Source of the DNA: Candidatus Limnocylindrales bacterium
Lineage (GTDB): Bacteria; Chloroflexota; Limnocylindria; Limnocylindrales; CSP1-4
Reading direction: 5' to 3'
Length of the DNA stretch: 64,000 nt
NCBI GenBank assembly: GCA_035693125.1
Contig: DASSHB010000031.1
Location: forward strand, 29,864 to 93,863
Part shown: positions 18,288 to 25,710 of the stretch, one piece after another
Numbering within the stretch: position 1 is the stretch's first letter
How the letters are laid out: every line of letters begins with the position of its first letter
Translations under genes and position numbers: made by a program
The notes under the pieces: generated by a model
What the model saw: only the letters and a program-made list of their open reading frames with translations
What the model was told of the DNA's origin: nothing
Database searches by the model: none

Positions 18288-18776
18288 ATGTCGCCCTGGT
18301 TCCAGATCGTCCTGTTCCTGCACGTGTTCGGAGCGATCCTCGCCTTCGGGCCGACCTACGCCTATTCGATCATCGGGGCGATGGGCGGCAGGGAGCCGAT
18401 GCACGCGAACTTCGCCATCCGGGTCTCGGACCGGATCGGCACGACGCTCGTGTATCCGCTCGCGGTCGTCCAGGGGATCACCGGGCTCCTCTTGATCTGG
18501 CTCGGGAACATCGATCTGACCAAGTCGCTCTGGCTCGGGATCGCGATCGTCCTGTACGTGGGCGCGCTGGCATTCGCCTTCACCGGCCAGCGGAACGCGG
18601 TCCACCGGGTCATCGAGCTGTCGACGCCTCCGGCGGGTGGGCCGCCCCCCGGCGCGCCGGCCGGACCGCCGCCCGGGCTGCCGGAGGCGGTGAAGAAGGT
18701 CCAGCAGGGCGGGATGGCGCTCGGGCTGACGATCGCGGTGATTGTCTTCCTGATGGTGACGAAGCTCAGCTTCTGA
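18288..18776 (+). CDS. DUF2269-like integral membrane protein
   Basis: ATG at 18288 with GAGGGAG upstream. There are four hydrophobic segments (WFQIVLFLHVFGAILAFGP.., ..GITGLLLIWLG.., ..LGIAIVLYVGALAFAF.., ..LGLTIAVIVFLMV). Confidence 0.7.
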   Translation: MSPWFQIVLFLHVFGAILAFGPTYAYSIIGAMGGREPMHANFAIRVSDRIGTTLVYPLAVVQGITGLLLIWLGNIDLTKSLWLGIAIVLYVGALAFAFTGQRNAVHRVIELSTPPAGGPPPGAPAGPPPGLPEAVKKVQQGGMALGLTIAVIVFLMVTKLSF

Positions 18777-19034
18777 GCGCCCTCGGCGGCCCCTCCACGA
18801 GCAGCCGCTGCTCATTCCAGCGCGCGAAGGCGCTCTCGGCGGTCACGGCGAGCAGATTCGGCTCGTTCCGGCGCGTGAACGGCCCGATCCGGGCCCACCG
18901 TTGCCCGCCGCGTGAAGGAATGAGCACCGGCTGCTCATCCCGAGCGCTCGCGGGTCCGTGACGGGGCGCTCCGCGGGGCGCTCCACGGGGCACGCGGCTA
19001 CGATGGACCCAACCAGCAGGGAGCCCGCCATCCG

Positions 19035-20444
19035 ATGCCGCATGTCGCCGAACGCACCTCCGATCTGATCGGCCGCCTCGCCGGCGCCGCCCACCTCGAC
19101 GGGGAGCGGCTGGTCGTCGATGACGAGGCCGCCATCCGCGGCGACGTCATCCGCGACCTCGCCTGGACCGCGGCCTTCGCGACCGACGACGCGACGATCG
19201 CGGCCGCTCAATGGCTGGTCCGCGAAGCGGCCCGCGAGCTCGGCGCGCTCAGCGCGAGCATCCACGACCTGTACGTGGCCCGGTCTCGCGGTGAGGTCGC
19301 CGGGTTCACGGTCCCGGCGATCAACATCCGGGCCCAGACCTTCGACATGGCCCGGACGGTCTACGAGACTGCCGCCGCCGCCGACGTCGGGGCCGTGATC
19401 GTGGAGCTCGCCCGGAGCGAGCAGACCTACACGTTCCAGCGGCCCGCGGACTACGCGACCTCGGTCCTCGCGGGCGCGATCGCCGCGGGCTGGCGCGGCC
19501 CGGTCTTCATCCAGGGCGACCACTACCAGTTCAACGCGAAGAAGTACGCGACCGATCCGGAGGCGATGACCGAGGAGATCCGGCGGGCGTGTCGCCTCGC
19601 GATCGACGCCGGCTACCGGAACATCGACATCGACAGCTCGACCCTGGTCGACCTCTCGAAGCCCAACGTCGACGAGGAGCAGCGCCAGAACTACCTCCGG
19701 GCGGCCGAGCTCACGGCGCTCATCCGTTCGCTCGAGACCGATGGCGTGACCGTCAGCGTCGGCGGCGAGATCGGCGAGGTCGGCAAGGAGAACTCGAACG
19801 AGGCCGAGCTGGTCGCCTATCTCGACGGCTATCGCGCCGAGCTCGACCGGCTGGCGCCTGGTGCCACCGGGATCAGCAAGGTCAGCGTCCAGACGGGAAC
19901 TTCGCACGGCGGCGTGCCGTTGCCGGACGGCTCGGTCGCCGCGGTCAAGCTCGATTTCGAGGTGCTCCGCCGGCTCGGTGAGGTCGCCCGCTCGCGCGGA
20001 CTGGCGGGCGCGGTCCAGCACGGTGCCTCCACCCTGCCCGATGAACTGTTCCACCGCTTCCCCGCCGTCGAGACGGCCGAGATTCACCTCGCGACCGGCT
20101 TCCAGAACGCGCTCTATGAGCATCCGGCGTTCCCGGCCGAGCTCCACCGCGAGATCGAGGCGTGGTGCTTCGAGAACGCGCTCGACGAGCGCAAGCCCGA
20201 TCAGACCGACCAGCAGTTCGTCTACACCACGCGGAAGAAGGCGATCGGACCGTTCAAGCGGAAGCTCTGGGACCTGGCCACCAAGGACGAGATCCTCGCG
20301 GGCCAGCGGCGGAAGATCGCGTTCCTGTTCACCGAGCTCGGCGTGAACGGCTCGCGCGGGATGGTCGATCGCTACATCCGGCCGGTCGAGCAGCGGACCG
20401 CGGCCCCGGAGGGCATCCGCCAGGCCACGCGAGCGGCCGGCTGA
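19035..20444 (+). CDS. Class II fructose-bisphosphate aldolase family protein (long form)
   Basis: Motifs FTVPAINIR, PVFIQGDHYQ, NIDIDSS, VQTGTSHGG and AVQHGASTLP. These are metal-dependent class II aldolase signatures. Confidence 0.85.
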   Translation: MPHVAERTSDLIGRLAGAAHLDGERLVVDDEAAIRGDVIRDLAWTAAFATDDATIAAAQWLVREAARELGALSASIHDLYVARSRGEVAGFTVPAINIRAQTFDMARTVYETAAAADVGAVIVELARSEQTYTFQRPADYATSVLAGAIAAGWRGPVFIQGDHYQFNAKKYATDPEAMTEEIRRACRLAIDAGYRNIDIDSSTLVDLSKPNVDEEQRQNYLRAAELTALIRSLETDGVTVSVGGEIGEVGKENSNEAELVAYLDGYRAELDRLAPGATGISKVSVQTGTSHGGVPLPDGSVAAVKLDFEVLRRLGEVARSRGLAGAVQHGASTLPDELFHRFPAVETAEIHLATGFQNALYEHPAFPAELHREIEAWCFENALDERKPDQTDQQFVYTTRKKAIGPFKRKLWDLATKDEILAGQRRKIAFLFTELGVNGSRGMVDRYIRPVEQRTAAPEGIRQATRAAG

Positions 20445-21019
20445 CGGAGCGGCCGCCGAGCGACGGGCGCGAGGGCACGCCGCCCGGCGTCCGGATCCGG
20501 CCGGAGCGAGCGGCCGATGCCGCGGCGATCGACGCGCTCCACCTCGCGGCGTTCCGGGATCCGAAACTGCCGCCCCTCGTCGCATCGATCCGGTCCTCGC
20601 CAGGCTGGATCCCCGGGCTCGCACTCGTCGCCGACCGGCCCGCCGAGCCGGGTGCGCCGATCGTCGGCCACCTCATCGTGAGCGGAACGACCCTCGTCAC
20701 CGACCGCGGCGGGACGGTGCCGATCCTGATGCTGTCGCCGCTCGGCGTGGTGCCGGACGAGCAGAACCGCGGAATCGGGAAGGCCCTGAGCCGGGCGGCA
20801 CTGGCGCTCGCCGACGAGCGGGACGAGCCGCTGATGATCGTCCAGGGCCACCCCGACTACTACCCGCGCTTCGGGTTCGTCCGCGGCCGGACGATCGGCG
20901 TGCTCCCGCCCGAGCACCTCGGCGCGATCGACCGGGCCTGGATGGTTCGCCGCCGCCCCGGCGCGCCCGCGATCCGCGGCCGGGTCGTCTACCCGGAGGC
21001 GTTCATCGAGCTCGACTGA
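20441..21019 (+). CDS. GNAT family N-acetyltransferase (YhbS-like); start codon uncertain
   Basis: The conserved N-terminus ..VRIRPERAADAAAIDALHLAAF.. and NRGIGKAL lie in ORF frame 20162..21019. No ATG/GTG/TTG precedes them after the aldolase stop. CTG at 20441 overlaps that stop (CTGA), and ATC at 20495 is an alternative. Confidence 0.7.
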   Translation: MTERPPSDGREGTPPGVRIRPERAADAAAIDALHLAAFRDPKLPPLVASIRSSPGWIPGLALVADRPAEPGAPIVGHLIVSGTTLVTDRGGTVPILMLSPLGVVPDEQNRGIGKALSRAALALADERDEPLMIVQGHPDYYPRFGFVRGRTIGVLPPEHLGAIDRAWMVRRRPGAPAIRGRVVYPEAFIELD

Positions 21020-21044
21020 GCGCCGTTGCCCGCACCGCGGTGGC

Positions 21045-21671
21045 TCACGGGCAGATCCCGAGCAGGCGACAGAACAGGCCGGTGGGCGTCGGCGTCGGCG
21101 TCGGTGTCGGTGTCGGCGTCGGCGGCGGGGTGGGGACGGGCGTTGGCGTGGGCGTGGGTGGAGGCGTCGGCGGGGGGGTCGCAGCCGGTGTCGGGCGAGG
21201 CGTTGGCGCAGCGGTCGGTGCCGGGGTCGGCCGGATCGTGGGCGCAACGGTCGGCGCGCCGGACGCCGGGGTCGCGGGCGGAGTCACGGCAGGCGGGACG
21301 CCCGCGGCGGACGGCGCGTTCGGAGCCACCGCAGCCGCCGAGGCGGCGCTCGTCGCGCCCGGTGCGGTCGGACCGATCTCGAGGACACCGGAACCGCTCG
21401 GAGCTCCGGCCGCCACCGTGCTCACCGGCCCGAGGCTCGCCTCGGCCAGCAACGGATCCGACGCGAGGACGACCTGGCGTGGGGCCGGGTCGTAGGCGCC
21501 CGTCGACTGCGGTCCGGACAGCACGATGCCCAAGACGATCGCGAGGATCGCCCCGGGCACGAGCGCTACGAAGGCGCGAAGGCGAGTGCGTTCGTCCAAG
21601 CAGTCCTTCCTCGACGGGCGTTCGCCAGCGGCGGCTTGGCGGATGAACGCCGCGGTGTCCGGACGCACCAT
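21045..21671 (-). CDS. Single-pass membrane protein with a Pro/Thr/Ala-rich extracytoplasmic tail
   Basis: N-terminus MVRPDTAAFIRQ.. followed by the TM segment AFVALVPGAILAIVLGIVL, then a long PT/PA low-complexity region ending ..PTPTPTPTPTPTGLFCRLLGICP. Third-codon positions are G/C-rich, which is consistent with coding. Alternative frames give poly-Gly/Val junk. Confidence 0.5.
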   Translation of the reverse strand: MVRPDTAAFIRQAAAGERPSRKDCLDERTRLRAFVALVPGAILAIVLGIVLSGPQSTGAYDPAPRQVVLASDPLLAEASLGPVSTVAAGAPSGSGVLEIGPTAPGATSAASAAAVAPNAPSAAGVPPAVTPPATPASGAPTVAPTIRPTPAPTAAPTPRPTPAATPPPTPPPTPTPTPVPTPPPTPTPTPTPTPTPTGLFCRLLGICP

Positions 21672-21937
21672 GGGCGGCGCGCCCGACGGACGGTCGGATC
21701 GAGTGTGACGCCACTCCTGGGTCAGGTCGATGGCCGCGAGGCTCGCTGGCCTTGAGATTCCGTGTCAAGCCCATCCACCGCAACGCGCGAGACGGCGTTG
21801 ACATCGATCGGGCATCGGCGGATGCTCCCGCCACTCGCGATCGGCCGGAGGGACCGCTCGCGGATGTCCCCGCGTCCTCGCGTCCACTCCAGCGATCAGG
21901 CGCGCACGAGTTCGTGCGACGGTAGGAGGAGGAGATC

Positions 21938-23551
21938 GTGACGGGATCGGTCCAGGACCAGGCGGCGCGCGACGACGCGCATCTTCGCTCGTTAGGGATC
22001 AAGCCCGAGCTCAAGCGGACGCTCGGCTTCCTCTCGAACTTCGCCGTCGCGTTCAGTTACATCAGCGTGTCGACTGGCACGTTCACGAACCAGGCCGTGG
22101 CCTTCGGCGTCGGTGGTCCGGCGATCTTCTGGGCCTGGCCGCTCGTCATCCTGGGTCAGACCTTCGTCGCCCTGAACTTCGCCGAGCTCGCCAGCCACTT
22201 CCCGGTCGCCGGTTCGATCTACCAGTGGTCGAAGCGGCTCTCGAACAAGACCCTCGGCTGGTTCACAGGCTGGATCTATTTCTGGGCCGGAGTGATCACG
22301 GTGACCGCCGTCGCGGTGACCGTGCCGTTGGTCCTGTCGACGATCGTCGGCTTCAAGCTGTCGGATCCGTCGATCGTGCCCTTCCTGGACAATCAGTCGT
22401 TCCTCGGGCTCCTCACGCTGCTCACGACGACGCTCATCAACGTCGCCGGCGTCCGCCTCCTGGCGATCATCAACAACATCGGCGTCGCCGCCGAGATCCT
22501 AGGCATGGTCGTGTTCGCGTTGATCCTGCTGTTCTTCGCGAACCACCAGCCGCTGTCGATCCTGACCGATACCTCCTACACGAGCGACCTGGGCGGCGGT
22601 AACTACCTGCCCGTCTTCGCCGTCGGCGCGTTCATGGCGCTGTTCGTGGTCTACGGCTTCGACACGGCCGGAACCTTCGGCGAAGAGACGCTCGACGCCG
22701 GTCGCCAAGCGCCCCGCGGAATCCTGTCCGCGATCTGGCTGTCGGGCATCGTCGGCGCGATCTTCCTGATCGCCGTCACGCTGTCATTCCCCGATATGAA
22801 CGCCGCCGTCGCCAGCGGTCAGGCATTCGGCTTCCCGATCGCCGACACGATCAAGGGCAACCTGATATTCGCCTTCCCCGGTGGCTTCACGATGGGCGAC
22901 CTCTATCTGGTCGTGATCCTGATCGCGGTGTACGTCTGCACCCTGGCGATCCAGGGCGCGACGGTTCGGCTGATGTTCTCGATGGGCCGAGACCATCGCC
23001 TGCCGATGGGCGCCACCTGGGGTCACGTCCATCCCACCCTGAAGACGCCCGCCAATGCCGCCGTCGCGGTCGGCATCCTGGCCGCAATCCCGCTGTTCGT
23101 CACCGGCGCCGGCAGCGCGGCGATCCTCGCGATCGGGGCGACCGGGATGATCTATCTCGCCTACCTGATGTGCAACCTCGGCGTGCTCGCCGCACGGACC
23201 CGTGGCTGGCCGCACCAGGGGGCGTGGTTCAAGCTCGGGAGCTGGGGCACGATCATCAACATCGTGGCCATCGTCTACGGCGCCGTGATGGTCGTGAACA
23301 TCGGCCTCTGGACGTCAACCCTGTTCGGAGACTTCGGCAGCGACCTCCGCAACACGTGGTCGAACCCGTTCATCAACACGTTCCTGAAGGTTGGCGGCAA
23401 CCTGCTCGACGGGCTGCCGGCGATCCCGGTCTTCGAGGCCCTGGTCGGGGTCGTGGTGATCGTCGGGCTGGTCTACTACCTCGTCGCCCAACGAGGCCGT
23501 GAGGAGGCCGTCGCCGCCGATCTCGCAACGGGCGAGGCCGTGATCGGCTGA
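21938..23551 (+). CDS. APC-superfamily amino acid (or amine) permease
   Basis: 537 aa with about 12-14 hydrophobic segments. The N-terminal region ..SNFAVAFSYISVSTG.. and AELASHFPVAGSIYQW are typical of APC transporters. GGAGGAGGAG lies upstream of the GTG. Confidence 0.9.
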   Translation: MTGSVQDQAARDDAHLRSLGIKPELKRTLGFLSNFAVAFSYISVSTGTFTNQAVAFGVGGPAIFWAWPLVILGQTFVALNFAELASHFPVAGSIYQWSKRLSNKTLGWFTGWIYFWAGVITVTAVAVTVPLVLSTIVGFKLSDPSIVPFLDNQSFLGLLTLLTTTLINVAGVRLLAIINNIGVAAEILGMVVFALILLFFANHQPLSILTDTSYTSDLGGGNYLPVFAVGAFMALFVVYGFDTAGTFGEETLDAGRQAPRGILSAIWLSGIVGAIFLIAVTLSFPDMNAAVASGQAFGFPIADTIKGNLIFAFPGGFTMGDLYLVVILIAVYVCTLAIQGATVRLMFSMGRDHRLPMGATWGHVHPTLKTPANAAVAVGILAAIPLFVTGAGSAAILAIGATGMIYLAYLMCNLGVLAARTRGWPHQGAWFKLGSWGTIINIVAIVYGAVMVVNIGLWTSTLFGDFGSDLRNTWSNPFINTFLKVGGNLLDGLPAIPVFEALVGVVVIVGLVYYLVAQRGREEAVAADLATGEAVIG

Positions 23552-23625
23552 CCTGGGATCACGAGGCAGTCCTGGGCGGCGCGTCGTGACGGCGCGCCGC
23601 CTCCGCATGTCCGGCGAGGTTCGGC

Positions 23626-24570
23626 GTGGCGACTGAGACCGACGCGCCGCTCCACGGCGACCTCCGCGACGAGCTCGTCGGCGCGATGCAGCGCGTGCCG
23701 GAGCTGACCGGGGCCGAGCTCACCCTCACCGCCTTGAGCGGCGGCATCACGAACCGCAACTTCCTCGTCACGGTCGCCGGCCGTCCCGAGCGCTACGTGA
23801 TCCGCCTGGCCGGCAACGACACCCACCTGTTGGGAATCAGCCGCGAGGTCGAGCACGCGGCGACGGTCGCCGCGGCCGGGGTCGGCGTCGGGCCGGAGGT
23901 CACCGCATTCATCCGGCCCGAGGGCTACCTCGTCACGAGGTTCATCGACGGCTCCCCGGTGTCCGACGAGGCGATCCATCAGGCGGCCACACTCCAGCGC
24001 GTCGGGGAGTCGCTCCGGCGGATCCACGACGGCCCGGCGATCCCGGGCCTCTTCGTCCCGTTCCGGATCGTCGAGGCGTACCGTGCCCTCGCGGCAACGC
24101 GGGGCGTTCCGATCCCCGCCGAGTACGAGCTCGCGATGGCGCTCTCCCGCCGGATCGAGCTGGCGTTCCTGGCGAACCCGGTCCAGCTCCGGCCATGCCA
24201 CAACGACCTGCTGAATGCGAACTTCATCGACGACGGCCAGCGGATCCGGATCGTCGACTGGGAGTACGCCGGGATGGGCGACCCGTTCTTCGACCTGGGC
24301 AACTTCTCGATCAATCACGACCTCGCCCCGGACGAGGACGCCGAGGTCCTCCGAGCCTACGAGCGCGAGGTCCGCCCCGACCGGCTGGCGCGGCTGACCC
24401 TGATGCGGACCGTGTCGGACTTCCGCGAGGCGATGTGGGGCGTCCTCCAGCAGGGCGTCAGCACCCTCGACGTCGATTTCGTGACGTACGCGGGAGAGCA
24501 TTTCGAGCGGCTGCTCTCGCATGCGACCACGCCCGCGTTCGAGCGGGCCCTCCGCGAGGCCGCCGGCTGA
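23626..24570 (+). CDS. Choline/ethanolamine-kinase-like phosphotransferase (APH fold)
   Basis: LSGGITNRNFLV, the Brenner motif PCHNDLLNANFI, and the choline-kinase motif IVDWEYAGMGDPFFDLGN. Confidence 0.85.
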   Translation: MATETDAPLHGDLRDELVGAMQRVPELTGAELTLTALSGGITNRNFLVTVAGRPERYVIRLAGNDTHLLGISREVEHAATVAAAGVGVGPEVTAFIRPEGYLVTRFIDGSPVSDEAIHQAATLQRVGESLRRIHDGPAIPGLFVPFRIVEAYRALAATRGVPIPAEYELAMALSRRIELAFLANPVQLRPCHNDLLNANFIDDGQRIRIVDWEYAGMGDPFFDLGNFSINHDLAPDEDAEVLRAYEREVRPDRLARLTLMRTVSDFREAMWGVLQQGVSTLDVDFVTYAGEHFERLLSHATTPAFERALREAAG

Positions 24571-24618
24571 CGCTGGACCGTCCGCGGCAGCAGCCGCCCG
24601 CCCGGCTACCCTTCGGGC

Positions 24619-25647
24619 GTGGATCGTCCGTCTGCCGCTCGCTCGGCGGGCCTGCTCGTCGTGGCGTTCGTCGCGACCCTCGTGCTCCTCGCCGGCGGCC
24701 GGGCCTTGATCGGGCGAGGCGGCGCGGCCCCGCAACGATCGCCGGCTCTGTCCGGGCTCAGCCCATCGGCGATCGCCCCCGGGTCGATCCCGCCCAGCGT
24801 GGCGCCGGCCACCGTGCCTCCGGCCGTCGAACCGAACGCGTCCGACGCGCCGACGTTCGTCCTCCTCGGGGCCGGCGACATCGCCAACTGCTCCCTCGAC
24901 GGCGCGAAGCAGACGTCGGACCTCCTGCTCGGGCAGCCGGGCTGGATCTTCACCGCCGGGGACAACGCCTACGGCAACGGGAGCGCCGAGGACTACGCCT
25001 CGTGCTACGCGCCGACCTGGGGCCGCGTCCTCGGCCGGACGATCCTGCCCGCGGCCGGCAACCATGACTGGAACACGCCGAACGCGCAGGGCTATCGCGA
25101 CTACTTCGGGAGCCGGGCGGCCCCGCAGGGGACCACCTGGTACTCGACGACGATCGGGACCTGGCACATCGTCGTCCTGGATTCGGACTGCAACCGCGTC
25201 GGCGGGTGCGACCGTGACTCGGCGCAGGGCCGCTGGCTGGCCGCGGACTTGAAGGCCAGCGACGCCCGCTGCACCCTGGCGATCTGGCACCAGCCGCGGT
25301 TCAGCTCGGGGGTCCACGGGGACGATCCGCAAGTCGCTCCGTTCTGGGACCTGCTCTTCGAGCACGGGGCCGAGCTCGTGATCAACGGCCACGACCACGA
25401 CTACGAGCGGTTCGGGCCGCAGGACCCGTCCGGGAAGGCGGACTCGCCGGCCGGCATCCGGGAGCTGGTCGTGGGGACCGGCGGCGCCGACCTCCGCGGA
25501 TTCACCCACTCGACCCCGAACAGCGAGTTCCGGATGCAGGGGACGAACGGCGTCCTGCGCCTGACCCTCCACCAGGTCAACTACGACTGGGAGTTCCTGC
25601 CGACCGCGAGCGACATCGCGGAGTCCGGCAGCACGCCCTGCCACTGA
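24619..25647 (+). CDS. Secreted or membrane-anchored metallophosphoesterase
   Basis: N-terminal hydrophobic anchor, then the calcineurin-like motifs GAGDIA, TAGDNAY, AAGNHD and INGHDHDYERF. Confidence 0.85.
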   Translation: MDRPSAARSAGLLVVAFVATLVLLAGGRALIGRGGAAPQRSPALSGLSPSAIAPGSIPPSVAPATVPPAVEPNASDAPTFVLLGAGDIANCSLDGAKQTSDLLLGQPGWIFTAGDNAYGNGSAEDYASCYAPTWGRVLGRTILPAAGNHDWNTPNAQGYRDYFGSRAAPQGTTWYSTTIGTWHIVVLDSDCNRVGGCDRDSAQGRWLAADLKASDARCTLAIWHQPRFSSGVHGDDPQVAPFWDLLFEHGAELVINGHDHDYERFGPQDPSGKADSPAGIRELVVGTGGADLRGFTHSTPNSEFRMQGTNGVLRLTLHQVNYDWEFLPTASDIAESGSTPCH

Positions 25648-25710
25648 TCCGGTCGCCGCACGCCGTGACACGACCCCACGGCGGTCGGTCGGCCTCGATA
25701 CGCTGACGGC

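Noticed and set aside
18766-18993. A 75-aa ORF on the - strand (..ARIGPFTRRNEPNLLAVTAESAFARWNEQRLLVEG..) in the gap between the DUF2269 and aldolase genes. It comes with a tandem GGGGCGCTCC(G/A)CGGGG duplication (about 18963-18990) and a distant inverted repeat (GCTGCTCATTCC / GGAATGAGCA).
   Set aside because: The C-terminal half looks protein-like with G/C-rich third positions, so it may be a small gene or a gene remnant. However, I recognise no family and see no SD, the N-terminal half is low-complexity, and it overlaps the DUF2269 stop. The support is insufficient to call.
21060-21210. Degenerate GTCGGC/GTGGGC repeats as a CRISPR array or microsatellite.
   Set aside because: There is no repeat-spacer periodicity. 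The pattern is the antisense of (ACN CCN)n codons for the Pro-Thr tail of ORF 21045..21671.
21672-21937. A possible riboswitch or attenuator in the roughly 265-nt region upstream of the first APC permease (TTGACA-17-GATGCT, repeated CTCGCG/CCACTC elements, and the hairpin CGCAC-GAGTTC-GTGCG next to the SD).
   Set aside because: I could not match it to any riboswitch consensus I know (glycine, lysine, SAM, TPP, T-box). The -10 is poor and the hairpins are short. It needs a covariance-model search before any claim.
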